Virus record (IMG/VR): IMGVR_UViG_3300043468_001158
Length of the DNA: 64,000 nucleotides
Direction: 5' to 3' (one strand)
DNA from: a virus
Taxonomy: Duplodnaviria > Caudoviricetes
The notes beneath the pieces are model-generated. The model had not been told where the DNA came from. It was given only the letters and a program-made list of their open reading frames with translations, and searched no databases. Positions 8,914 to 17,611 of this stretch are shown here, piece after piece (position 1 is the first letter of the stretch; every line of letters begins with the position of its first letter). The position numbers and the translations under genes were made by a program.

Positions 8914-9372
8914 ATGAGTAACATCAATGCGCCTATTCGTGGCATCCCTACAAACTTTTCAAAACAGTTGTCACAATACCTTGTTGGATTTGATGACATC
9001 TTTGATACATTTGAAAAGGTTTTGAACAAATCTATCAACACCACTCCAAACTTCCCACCACGCAACATCATTCGATTAGATGAAAATCATTTCCGTATTG
9101 AATACGCAGTTGCTGGTTTTGCACGAGAAGATTTGACAGTTAGTGTTGAACGTGAATCGTTGCTTGTCGTAGAAGGCAAGAAAGTCAATAAAACTGAACT
9201 TGACCCTGCTTACTACTTGCATCGTGGAATTGGCTTACGTGATTTTCGTAATGAAATCACTATCCCAGAAGGCTCAGAACTGGCAGTCCAACTTATCAAT
9301 GGATTACTAATCGTTGATGTGTCTAAACCTGTCAAACTTGAACCAGAACCAAAGCTTATTGCAATAGGCTAA
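8914..9372 (+). CDS. hsp20: Small heat-shock protein (Hsp20/IbpA family)
   Basis: FPP.NI...HFRIEYAVAGF...YLHRGIG.RDF...L.NGLL.V alpha-crystallin motifs and a strong AAGGAG RBS. Confidence 0.9.
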   Translation: MSNINAPIRGIPTNFSKQLSQYLVGFDDIFDTFEKVLNKSINTTPNFPPRNIIRLDENHFRIEYAVAGFAREDLTVSVERESLLVVEGKKVNKTELDPAYYLHRGIGLRDFRNEITIPEGSELAVQLINGLLIVDVSKPVKLEPEPKLIAIG

Positions 9373-9385
9373 TCGTGTCATAGAG

Positions 9386-9409
9386 ATGGAGGGGAGAAAT
9401 CCCCTCCAT
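9386..9409 (+). terminator. GC-rich hairpin after hsp20
   Basis: ATGGAGGGGA-GAAA-TCCCCTCCAT, 10-bp stem with a weak U-tract. Confidence 0.65.
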
Positions 9410-9439
9410 TCACTCACTTCTTCATGAAATACTCTCTAT

Positions 9440-9652
9440 ATGTCATACAACGTTATTGATGTCGTCAAAGACGAGCTAAAAGGCACTGCAGATAAACTAA
9501 CCAAACAAGAACAAAAACTTCGCCTTGATGTTTGTAATGAATGCGAACATAAGACAAAGCTTACTCGACAATGTGGCCTATGCGGGTGTTTTCTTGACCT
9601 CAAAACGAAATACCGTTCTTCTGAATGCGATGCCGGGAAGTGGTCCATATAG
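9440..9652 (+). CDS. Small Cys-rich (zinc-binding) protein, DUF6171-like
   Basis: RLDVCNEC...RQCGLCGCF..K......C.AGKW. Confidence 0.6.
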   Translation: MSYNVIDVVKDELKGTADKLTKQEQKLRLDVCNECEHKTKLTRQCGLCGCFLDLKTKYRSSECDAGKWSI

Positions 9653-9788
9653 AGACCATAAAGCATCCTTATGTAAGCGGTATGGACCAAAGTTCAATTC
9701 TGATAACCAGTTATCACTTCTAACCATTTACATTGCTTCTAAGTCTAGATACAATAGACCCATATTCTGATGAAAGAGGAGAAATACG

Positions 9789-9950
9789 ATGAATGCAGTT
9801 ATGTTTATGATTAGCGCACAAATAGCTATAACTATGGTTGATAAATTTTTTCCACATATGCTCATATGGGCAATTTGGATAATTGTAATTCTTGCATTGG
9901 TCCCGCTTGTACGTTTAGCTCTTGCTACAATAATATGCAAACATTTCTAA
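9789..9950 (+). CDS. Small membrane protein (53 aa, not in the ORF track)
   Basis: RBS GAGGAG upstream. Sequence MNAVMFMISAQIAITMVDKFFPHMLIWAIWIIVILALVPLVRLALATIICKHF. Confidence 0.45.
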   Translation: MNAVMFMISAQIAITMVDKFFPHMLIWAIWIIVILALVPLVRLALATIICKHF

Positions 9951-10459
9951 GTGAAACAACTTTTAGCGGTTCTGCTGAAGTTCTTGACAAACGTCGGCTC
10001 AATAGTCAGTTCAAAGAAGCTCGTCAAATCATGGACGTTCTTTTTGCTAAACCTCGTGAAGATGGTAAAAAGATTGCATGGCAAAATCATCCTGCTGTGT
10101 TGATGTGGAAAGGACATGAATACTACTTATGGTTGTACATCAAACGAATGAGAGAAGAATGTATCTATCGTGGCATCAAAGTCGAAAAGAACACTGACGC
10201 TGTCAATAAGCATATCCATCTAATTGACTCGCCGGATATGTGTCAAGACCCTCCTTTGTGGTGGTCTGATGAAACATTACGAAATCGAGTGATTATGACT
10301 CATCGTGCTCGACTGTTTGTAAAAGACCCGGTTCATTATGCAAAATATGAACAATGGGTAGAACCCGCTAAAGAACTTGTATGCTGTGTTGGAAAGTGCA
10401 ATTACTTTTGGCCAAGTCATCACGAACGAAATCTTTCTATGGGGAAAGCAAATGTATAA
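9935..10459 (+). CDS. Pyrimidine-dimer DNA glycosylase-like protein (DenV/MSMEG_6728-like)
   Basis: MQTFL...SAEVLD.RRL..Q..EA.QI...W.NHPAVLMW.G...PPLW...H.A.L..KDP.HY. Start moved to ATG 9935. Confidence 0.8.
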   Translation: MQTFLSETTFSGSAEVLDKRRLNSQFKEARQIMDVLFAKPREDGKKIAWQNHPAVLMWKGHEYYLWLYIKRMREECIYRGIKVEKNTDAVNKHIHLIDSPDMCQDPPLWWSDETLRNRVIMTHRARLFVKDPVHYAKYEQWVEPAKELVCCVGKCNYFWPSHHERNLSMGKANV

Positions 10460-10868
10460 AGACAACGATGGTAAAGAAGTATTCGAAAAAGGTGATAAAG
10501 TCATTGGCTCAACATGGGATATGTTTGTTGAACAACCTGATGTTAAAGGTATCTTTTCGCACTATGACCCAGACGATAACAAGCCTCATTTATATTCAAA
10601 GAATGACATTGAGATTTCAGTGTATGGACAAACAAGAAAGTTTGACCAAGTTCGAGCTGATAAGACAATGTTCGTGAATGCAAAACAAATCAAACGCTTG
10701 ATTGAACAAATTGAAGCTAATGGTGTTGATTTGGAAACTGTGAATATTCAATTGGCGATACGAATTCCAGGTCATCGAATTGAAATGATTGATGGTGCTC
10801 AAGTCTTTGCTCAATACGCATCGTATGGAGTTCGTGACGAAGGTGTTGTTCTCAAATTAGAAAACTGA
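10452..10868 (+). CDS. Hypothetical protein
   Basis: Start MYKDNDG overlaps the previous stop. Confidence 0.55.
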   Translation: MYKDNDGKEVFEKGDKVIGSTWDMFVEQPDVKGIFSHYDPDDNKPHLYSKNDIEISVYGQTRKFDQVRADKTMFVNAKQIKRLIEQIEANGVDLETVNIQLAIRIPGHRIEMIDGAQVFAQYASYGVRDEGVVLKLEN

Positions 10869-10900
10869 TAAGTACTTCACAAAAATTGACATAGTGGCTA

Positions 10901-10928
10901 TTTACATCTAAAGTAGAGAGTTTATAAT
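10901..10928 (+). promoter_or_regulatory. Early sigma70-type promoter
   Basis: TTTACA-N16-TATAAT-AGACACATATTCAAACAAA, with CTTCACAAAAAT upstream. Confidence 0.8.
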
Positions 10929-10977
10929 AGACACATATTCAAACAAACCACACAATGATGAGAGAGAGGAACCTACG

Positions 10978-11391
10978 ATGACTAACCAAATCAAAGAATT
11001 CGACAAACAAAACCTGAAAACCTTACGTAGTGATATTGAAGCTGCATTGGCTGAAGTTGCCAAAAAACATGGTATCACTTTAGGTGTTGGCAACATCTCA
11101 TTTAGAGCTGATTCATTTTCAGCTAAAATCACTGCTGCAACTGTTGCTGAAGGTGATGATAGCGATGGTGTTATGTCTGGTAAACAAATGAAATGGGCTC
11201 AAGACTTCAAATCACATGCTTCGTTATTCGGTATGAAACATACTGACTTAGGTAAAACCGTGACGATTGGTGCTTTTACATATGTGATCGTTGGTGCTCG
11301 CCCAAGAGCAAAACAAAATATAGTATTGCAAAATCCAAATGGCGGCTTCAATGTTCAAGAAGCTTCAGTTGTTGCAAAATTTCTGAAATAA
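10978..11391 (+). CDS. Conserved-looking phage hypothetical protein
   Basis: Strong RBS GAGGA and first gene after the early promoter. Confidence 0.7.
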   Translation: MTNQIKEFDKQNLKTLRSDIEAALAEVAKKHGITLGVGNISFRADSFSAKITAATVAEGDDSDGVMSGKQMKWAQDFKSHASLFGMKHTDLGKTVTIGAFTYVIVGARPRAKQNIVLQNPNGGFNVQEASVVAKFLK

Positions 11392-11403
11392 GGAGATAGT
11401 ATT

Positions 11404-11505
11404 ATGGCACCTACAGAAGTCATTATTAGAGTTATTGAATTGGGTGTAATGCTATGCGTCTTTATGGCATTGGTTTTGGTAATAGCTGAAAACGCTACGA
11501 AGTAG
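11404..11505 (+). CDS. Possible 33-aa membrane peptide
   Basis: RBS AGGAG upstream. Hydrophobic core VIELGVMLCVFMALVLVI. Confidence 0.35.
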   Translation: MAPTEVIIRVIELGVMLCVFMALVLVIAENATK

Positions 11506-11516
11506 GAGAAGTTCAA

Positions 11517-12233
11517 ATGAGCAAAGTTATTACAATATATCAAAAGCCTTTAGACAAACCAGTTAGACGTTATCTTCTTGGCAATGGAATATTTACTAAA
11601 TGTATCACATCTATCAAAATTGAAGACGATCATGACAATAAACATTATTCTATAGACAATCTCAATCGAACTTTGTTTATTGACCAAGATGATAAAAGTT
11701 TTTGGTATAAAAATCGTAATGACAACGGTGCATCCAAGTATGCAATAACTAAACCTAAATATGGACGTCCATATCAAACTCTAAATCTCGGTGGTGCAAC
11801 ACCTATTCGGATATATGAAGACGACATCATTATGTTTGAAAACGTTATTCCTTCGCCATTAGGACCTACAATCAAAGGAATTCTATTGAAAGTCGACGAA
11901 GAATACAAGTTGCGAAATGGTATGAGGATGAAGATTGTTGCATGCATATCTGATAAAGATTATACTGATGATGAAGTTTTTGTTGGAGTGTATAAGATTG
12001 ACAGATTGAATACAATTCGTTATAGCAGTTCAGGCACACTGCTTTCACACGGTAATGATAAAAACTATGATATTGTTGATTTGTGGAGAGAACAAGATGT
12101 TTGGATTGTAGTAGTTCCAGTAGCAAGTCCAACTTGTTTCGAATCCAAAACATTTCTGACTAAAGAAGCTGCTGAAAAATATCAAAAACTTCGTGGTGCT
12201 GGTTCTATCACGAAAGTAACTATGGAGAAATAA
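11517..12233 (+). CDS. Hypothetical protein (C-terminal domain paralogous to 7740-8534)
   Basis: EYKLRNGMRMKIVA...FVG...SGTLLSHGNDKNYDIV. Confidence 0.6.
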   Translation: MSKVITIYQKPLDKPVRRYLLGNGIFTKCITSIKIEDDHDNKHYSIDNLNRTLFIDQDDKSFWYKNRNDNGASKYAITKPKYGRPYQTLNLGGATPIRIYEDDIIMFENVIPSPLGPTIKGILLKVDEEYKLRNGMRMKIVACISDKDYTDDEVFVGVYKIDRLNTIRYSSSGTLLSHGNDKNYDIVDLWREQDVWIVVVPVASPTCFESKTFLTKEAAEKYQKLRGAGSITKVTMEK

Positions 12234-12235
12234 CA

Positions 12236-13435
12236 ATGAGTAACTTTGAAGTCCTTGTACAAAAAATCTTTATCTCTGAGCATCCAAATGCGGATGCTCT
12301 TGAAATCGGCCACATTGGCGACCCTGAAGGCAATCAAGTTGTATGTCGTAAAGGTCTCTATAAGACTGGCGATTTAGTCGCATACATCGGTGAAAATTCT
12401 GTCGTCCCTGAATGGGTACTGAAGAAGTACGGATTTTGGAACGAAGAAAAAGACAAAGGCTTGCTGGCCGGTTCGAAAGGTGACCGTGTCAAAGCTGTCA
12501 AACTTCGCGATGCTTTTAGTCTCGGGATTTGCATTCCTGTTGTACTAATGGATGATGTTCCTGGTACTAATAACGCATATGCTATTAGCGATGAAGACGG
12601 CGAAGTCTGTATCGTTGAAGAAGGCCAAGATGTTGCCGAAATCTTAGGTGTCACTAAGTATGAGCCACCAATCCCTGTGCATATGTCTGGTGAAGTGTTC
12701 AATGCTGGTCAGGATGTAGGTGTCAATTACGACATTGAAGACCTTGCTAAATATCCACATGTTCTGATTGAAGACGAAGAAGTTCAAATGACTGTCAAGT
12801 TGCACGGTACTAACTGCTCTGTGACTTGTGTGGTTGGCGATGGTCTAAATCGTCATAACATCAATGAATGGACTGAAGTTGGTGCTGGAGCTATTGCTGT
12901 TGGTTCTAAAGGCTTGAGTGCTCAAGGTCTGTTCTTCAAGAACAATGAAGCTAATGCTGGTAATTTGTACTTGAATGGTACTCGTCAATACTGGGAAGCT
13001 ATTACTAACTATGCATTAGTAATGGGTACCGATGGAAACTTTGAATGTATCACTGTCGTTGGCGAAGTCTTTGGTGGTGCTGTTCAAACCGGTTTTGACT
13101 ATGGTCTAAAAGCTCCAGAGTTCCGAGTGTTTGATGTCTATATTGGCTATCGCGGTCGTGGTTTCTGGTTGGACGATAAGGTACTTGATAACTTTTGCAA
13201 TTTGACTGGTATTACTCGAGTGCCTCTTGTGTATCGTGGTCCATACTCTAGAGAGTTAGCACGTAAGCTTGCTAATGACCCTGAAAGTGCATTGCCAAAT
13301 GTCAAGCATGTTCGTGAAGGTGTGGTTATCAAACCTGTTGTAGAACGTCGAGACCCAGTGCTTGGTCGTGTAGTAGTGAAGACTCGTTCTGATGCTTACA
13401 TGACTCGCAAAGGCAATCATACTGATTACAACTGA
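12236..13435 (+). CDS. RNA ligase, DRB0094/Rnl2-like family with N-terminal OB-type domain
   Basis: HPNADALE...VV.RKG.YK.GDLV.YIGENSVVP, motif I KLHGTN, GEVFG, F.VFDV, REGVVIKP. Confidence 0.85.
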   Translation: MSNFEVLVQKIFISEHPNADALEIGHIGDPEGNQVVCRKGLYKTGDLVAYIGENSVVPEWVLKKYGFWNEEKDKGLLAGSKGDRVKAVKLRDAFSLGICIPVVLMDDVPGTNNAYAISDEDGEVCIVEEGQDVAEILGVTKYEPPIPVHMSGEVFNAGQDVGVNYDIEDLAKYPHVLIEDEEVQMTVKLHGTNCSVTCVVGDGLNRHNINEWTEVGAGAIAVGSKGLSAQGLFFKNNEANAGNLYLNGTRQYWEAITNYALVMGTDGNFECITVVGEVFGGAVQTGFDYGLKAPEFRVFDVYIGYRGRGFWLDDKVLDNFCNLTGITRVPLVYRGPYSRELARKLANDPESALPNVKHVREGVVIKPVVERRDPVLGRVVVKTRSDAYMTRKGNHTDYN

Positions 13436-13467
13436 TAACCTGATAACAGTATTTGTGTCATCACCTA

Positions 13468-13496
13468 TTTACATTTGTTAGACTTCTAAGTATAAT
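13468..13496 (+). promoter_or_regulatory. Early sigma70-type promoter
   Basis: TTTACA-N17-TATAAT-AGATACAT. Confidence 0.8.
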
Positions 13497-13526
13497 AGAT
13501 ACATAATCTAGTAAAAAGGTGATGAT

Positions 13527-13838
13527 GTGAGTACTCAAAAACATTTGGCAAAAGTAGTTCGACTTGATTGGCGAAAACATCCTAATCATAAAGGACCATA
13601 TTTATGGTATGAAACCCAAGATGGTAGAAAGTTTAGTTGGATAGATTTTAGACCATCTGAATGGCCCGATGCTAAAGTTTATGTTGTGAAAAAATTGAAT
13701 GTCATTAGAGCTAATCAATGGACTTATGAAGTGTATGAAGTTCCAAGACAAGACTTGATTGACATACGATATGGTAATAATTGGAAATGGTTAGGGAAAC
13801 AACGTGGCATGGTTTATGAGGTGAAAAATGTATACTAA
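13527..13838 (+). CDS. Hypothetical protein
   Basis: GTG start after AAGGTGA; first gene after the promoter. Confidence 0.55.
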   Translation: MSTQKHLAKVVRLDWRKHPNHKGPYLWYETQDGRKFSWIDFRPSEWPDAKVYVVKKLNVIRANQWTYEVYEVPRQDLIDIRYGNNWKWLGKQRGMVYEVKNVY

Positions 13839-14007
13839 ACTTTCAAAAGGCGATAAAGTTTCATTTCGTATTAGTGATTCATTTGGTGATGCAATCAAGG
13901 TTGGAACAGTCACTGGATTTACTAATAAGAAAGTCCGCGTAAGTTTTTCTCATTGCGGATTTGCACACGATAAACTAATGTTTGAACGGAACTTGACACC
14001 TCTATAG
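13828..14007 (+). CDS. Small hypothetical protein (59 aa, not in the ORF track)
   Basis: RBS GAGGTG. MYTKLSKGDKVSFRISDSFGDAIKVGTVTGFTNKKVRV... fills the gap between neighbours. Confidence 0.55.
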   Translation: MYTKLSKGDKVSFRISDSFGDAIKVGTVTGFTNKKVRVSFSHCGFAHDKLMFERNLTPL

Positions 14008-14026
14008 AAATAGGATGGCAAATAAA

Positions 14027-14368
14027 ATGAAAAAGATACTAATTCTAAATCTATTAGCATTGATTGGATGTAGTAGTGCTGAAGAATTGAAGCATTCATT
14101 CAATCAGGTTTCAGGGCAATCTATTAGTATTATAAGATCTCATCCTGTTCGACAGATGACAGCTATCAATGGGAATACAGTATATGTTTATTCACCACAT
14201 TCTACTGAATCCAATAACTTGTCTATTCAAGTAAATAATAACAAAAGATTTCCATGCGAAATCTTTATAGAAGTCAATTCTGATAATATGATTATTGGAA
14301 CTTCTTATAAAGGTAATGCATGCAATTCTTTTTATGAACGAACAATGAACCCTTATTCAAATGATTGA
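14027..14368 (+). CDS. Putative lipoprotein
   Basis: MKKILILNLLALIGC: basic N-terminus, hydrophobic core and lipobox LIGC. Confidence 0.65.
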   Translation: MKKILILNLLALIGCSSAEELKHSFNQVSGQSISIIRSHPVRQMTAINGNTVYVYSPHSTESNNLSIQVNNNKRFPCEIFIEVNSDNMIIGTSYKGNACNSFYERTMNPYSND

Positions 14369-14702
14369 AACAAAACTTCTACAAGAATTCATTCCAAACG
14401 GTAGCTATAGCTTTGGGGCGACTCAAAGCTATTCTTCTGATGTCTTTGGATTTCGAACTGGTCCAAATGTATCAGTTCTTGAAATACGATATGCAGAACA
14501 ATACAATGTCATGATACAAGGAGAACTTCGAGTATCATCTGACTTTGATTGTTGGCAACTCTTGTGGAGGTTTAGACAGCTTGATATTCCTGACATCGTA
14601 AAATTGATGATGGCCGAAGTACGACAAGCTGGAATGGAGCAAGGTAAGAAGAAGCTTCGCGACGATTTGAAAGAACTTCTATTTCCAGAAAGGTACGTGT
14701 AA
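14361..14702 (+). CDS. Hypothetical protein
   Basis: 113-aa ORF in operon tiling. Confidence 0.55.
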   Translation: MIETKLLQEFIPNGSYSFGATQSYSSDVFGFRTGPNVSVLEIRYAEQYNVMIQGELRVSSDFDCWQLLWRFRQLDIPDIVKLMMAEVRQAGMEQGKKKLRDDLKELLFPERYV

Positions 14703-14703
14703 A

Positions 14704-15144
14704 ATGAGCAAAATTGGTTCTAAGAACATTTGTCGAATGAACGAATACAGCAATGCTGCTTTTCTAAAGGCTCATTGCTCATGTCTTGACGATGACCATA
14801 TTCATACACTGATGATTGACTACGATGATGACCTTGATATCATTGACCTTATCATCTATGCTAAAGCATTCACTCCATATAAAGACAACTTCCATTGCAA
14901 AGGCTTTTGGGAACACTTTGTCTATTGGTACAAAGATAAGCGTCAAAGACTAAGCTGGATAATGGACATTGTGTTCAAAGGTTACATCCAAGTCGAGACT
15001 TCTTTCGAATTCCATGGCGAAGAACAGATTGATGACTATCTAACAACTGTTGCCAACGCTAAAGACCGCATTAGTTACAATGTCAAAATGCGAACCGCTT
15101 CACATTCTGACCATTTACACGACCATGAAAGTGTGGTAGAATAA
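14704..15144 (+). CDS. Hypothetical protein
   Basis: 146-aa ORF in operon tiling. Confidence 0.55.
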   Translation: MSKIGSKNICRMNEYSNAAFLKAHCSCLDDDHIHTLMIDYDDDLDIIDLIIYAKAFTPYKDNFHCKGFWEHFVYWYKDKRQRLSWIMDIVFKGYIQVETSFEFHGEEQIDDYLTTVANAKDRISYNVKMRTASHSDHLHDHESVVE

Positions 15145-15172
15145 ATCAAAAGTTGAAGGGAGGTAAAGTGTC

Positions 15173-15577
15173 ATGGGCACAAACTACTACGTTGATGATA
15201 GTCCAAGGTTCAAAACCTCTTCTGCTAAACATCGGTTTCATATTGGCAAAAACTCAGCGGGTTGGGAATTCGGTTTTAGAGGTTGGTCAAAAAGTTCTAA
15301 GTTCGGGAAAGAAATCGGAAGCTGGGCTCAATGGAAAGAACACATTATGAACATTGGTTTTGTGTATGATGAATATGGCAATCTATTTGATGCTGATACT
15401 TTCATTGAAAAAGTTGAAAACACAAAAGTTCCTTACCGTCATATGTTCACTAATGATATGGTAACTCCATTCAATCATTATGATTATTGTGTCATTCACC
15501 ACCCAGAACATATTTCATCTGAGCATGAATGGAAAGATGATGAAGGTTGGTCTTTTTCTTCTACGGAGTTTTCGTAA
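15173..15577 (+). CDS. Hypothetical protein
   Basis: MGTNYY...HIGKNSAGWEFGF with RBS GGAGG. Confidence 0.6.
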   Translation: MGTNYYVDDSPRFKTSSAKHRFHIGKNSAGWEFGFRGWSKSSKFGKEIGSWAQWKEHIMNIGFVYDEYGNLFDADTFIEKVENTKVPYRHMFTNDMVTPFNHYDYCVIHHPEHISSEHEWKDDEGWSFSSTEFS

Positions 15578-15578
15578 A

Positions 15579-15896
15579 ATGATTACTATTGAAACTTACA
15601 AAGTCTTTCATCCTGGCATTCGACTCTATTCTAAAGGCGGAACTTATTGTCAATCATTATCTCCATGTCATTGGGGTAAGAAAGGTAAGACCTGGTCTTC
15701 TCAAGGTGCTCTTAGACGACATCTTTTCCAGTACTGTTCTGAAAATGGTTATGCTACTCAGGTTAGCATTCCAAAAGAATGGGAGGTTCATGCCATTACG
15801 ACCAATCCAACCACTGGAGTTTTAGAACTTGCAGTCTATAATGCAAGAAAGTTCTATCTCAAAACACATTTACAAACAGATGAAACTGTAGTATAA
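15579..15896 (+). CDS. Hypothetical protein
   Basis: In-frame ATG 1 bp after the previous stop. Confidence 0.5.
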   Translation: MITIETYKVFHPGIRLYSKGGTYCQSLSPCHWGKKGKTWSSQGALRRHLFQYCSENGYATQVSIPKEWEVHAITTNPTTGVLELAVYNARKFYLKTHLQTDETVV

Positions 15897-15897
15897 T
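15869..15897 (+). promoter_or_regulatory. Early sigma70-type promoter
   Basis: TTTACA-N17-TATAAT upstream of telA. Confidence 0.75.
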
Positions 15898-15930
15898 TAC
15901 TTCACTTACTTCAACAGGAAGACTAACACG

Positions 15931-17208
15931 ATGGCCGCTTCTCCTTTTACCCCTAAACAAGCAACGTCAGATTTTGTTCAACAACAGATGAAAGATAATC
16001 AGTTCGTAATCAATAAACCACAAACACCAACAACTCCTGTAGTCAAGACATTTGCTCCAGTGACAGCACCAACGGTGCCAATATCTAATGTGCAACAAGC
16101 ATTCAATCCAGTGTCTCCAAAAGCAATTGCAGAAACGGGTGCTTCATCACATCGAGTAGTCAATTTGCTTTCAACGTTTGACAGTTCAACAGGTATCTTG
16201 GATTTTGGTAAAGATGTCATGGCGACTATTTCTTCTAAGTCTGACGAAATGCTCAAAGAAGTCAAAGATGCTGATGTTGATTTTGTCGAAACCCAAATGC
16301 GAAGCATTTTGACAATGGCCAAATCTTTACATCTTCCAAAAGCTGGTGACCATTCAAAAGATGGTGCCGGCGGTTGGCTGACTGGTTTAGTTGCAAAAGT
16401 CAAAGAAAACTTCGTTGATACTAAAGAGCAATTGTTATCTGAATTCAACAATGTATCGACCCAAATGGACCGAGTGATTGGTGAAGTCGATCAAGCAAAC
16501 CGTCGTATCATTGACAAAGTCAAAGGTTTGCAGACGATGTATCAATCAAACTTGCAAGACTACAAGAACCTGGACCAATTGATAAAGGATGCTACTGAAG
16601 CATACAATATCAAAGTCGCTGAATATGACAAGTTGCAAGCTCAAGTGACTGATGCTCTTCAAGCTCAAACTTTACAACGTATGGGTAGTAATCTTGACAG
16701 GTTAGACAAGAAGATTGCTAACATGAAAAGCTTTCAATTGATGTGCTTGCAAGATGCTCCTAATCTGGCTCAAATGGAAGACAATGCGGTTACGTTGCTT
16801 GAAAAGTTTGATACCATCAAGACAATGACTATCCCACTTTGGAAGAAGCAGATTAGGATGTTTATCGACGGGCAAGAACTCAATCGTGCGGCAAAGCTTG
16901 CATCTGCTGTTGATGATGCAAACAATGCTATGATTTCTGCGAACTCGACTGCTAACAAGCAGAATGCAATCGAAACTACTCGATTGAATCAACGTGGCAT
17001 TGTCGATATGCAGACTGCAGAACAGGTTCATGAGAACTTACTTGCTACACTAGAAGAAGTCTCTAACATCAATGCAGCTGGCCGTAAGCAACGTATCGAA
17101 AGTTCTGACCGTATGGATGAAATGAAACGACTGTATGCGTCTATTGCATCAGGTCAAACATCTGTATCGGATGCACGTGGGAAAGTGTTACCGTCTTCAC
17201 AAAACTAA
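15931..17208 (+). CDS. telA: Toxic anion resistance protein (TelA family)
   Basis: Coiled-coil, EF..VSTQMD.V, MTIPLWKKQI, A.LA.AV.DA.N..I..NS...KQ.AIET......GIVD..T pattern, in a Ter context. Confidence 0.8.
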   Translation: MAASPFTPKQATSDFVQQQMKDNQFVINKPQTPTTPVVKTFAPVTAPTVPISNVQQAFNPVSPKAIAETGASSHRVVNLLSTFDSSTGILDFGKDVMATISSKSDEMLKEVKDADVDFVETQMRSILTMAKSLHLPKAGDHSKDGAGGWLTGLVAKVKENFVDTKEQLLSEFNNVSTQMDRVIGEVDQANRRIIDKVKGLQTMYQSNLQDYKNLDQLIKDATEAYNIKVAEYDKLQAQVTDALQAQTLQRMGSNLDRLDKKIANMKSFQLMCLQDAPNLAQMEDNAVTLLEKFDTIKTMTIPLWKKQIRMFIDGQELNRAAKLASAVDDANNAMISANSTANKQNAIETTRLNQRGIVDMQTAEQVHENLLATLEEVSNINAAGRKQRIESSDRMDEMKRLYASIASGQTSVSDARGKVLPSSQN

Positions 17209-17211
17209 CCA

Positions 17212-17240
17212 TTTACTTTTGCCATCTTTTGTAGTATAAT
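17212..17240 (+). promoter_or_regulatory. Early sigma70-type promoter
   Basis: TTTACT-N17-TATAAT-AGACATAT, with CTTCACAAAA upstream. Confidence 0.7.
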
Positions 17241-17246
17241 AGACAT

Positions 17247-17606
17247 ATGAAAGTCAAACTATCAGGTAAGCAATACAAAGAATTCATGAAGGACAATGTC
17301 TTTTGGCCAGAAGGTTTATGGGTTGAAGAAGACATTCTTTCGGTTGATGATGAACCTGTTAGAGAAATTGATGAAGAGGATCTTAGCGATAGTGCAATCA
17401 TAACTATTGAAGATGGCTTTTTGAACTGTGATGATAATGCATCAGATAAAGCAAAAGCATGGCAGTTCAAATCATATCAACCGTTTATCAAGAAATGGTT
17501 ACAACAACAAACAAATCAAACACTGGTGATAGATGTTCCCAAGGAACAATACGATGAAGTTCTAACATATCTAAAAACTCATAAATGCAAAATCATACTA
17601 AAATAG
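17247..17606 (+). CDS. Hypothetical acidic protein
   Basis: 119-aa ORF directly after the promoter. Confidence 0.6.
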   Translation: MKVKLSGKQYKEFMKDNVFWPEGLWVEEDILSVDDEPVREIDEEDLSDSAIITIEDGFLNCDDNASDKAKAWQFKSYQPFIKKWLQQQTNQTLVIDVPKEQYDEVLTYLKTHKCKIILK

Positions 17607-17611
17607 AAGAC

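Noticed and set aside
9728-9940. Minus-strand 70-aa ORF from the track
   Set aside because: It is antisense to a plus-strand 53-aa ORF that has a good RBS and fits the operon.
15153-15350. Alternative-frame 65-aa ORF
   Set aside because: It overlaps 15173-15577, which has the better RBS (GGAGG) and protein-like sequence.
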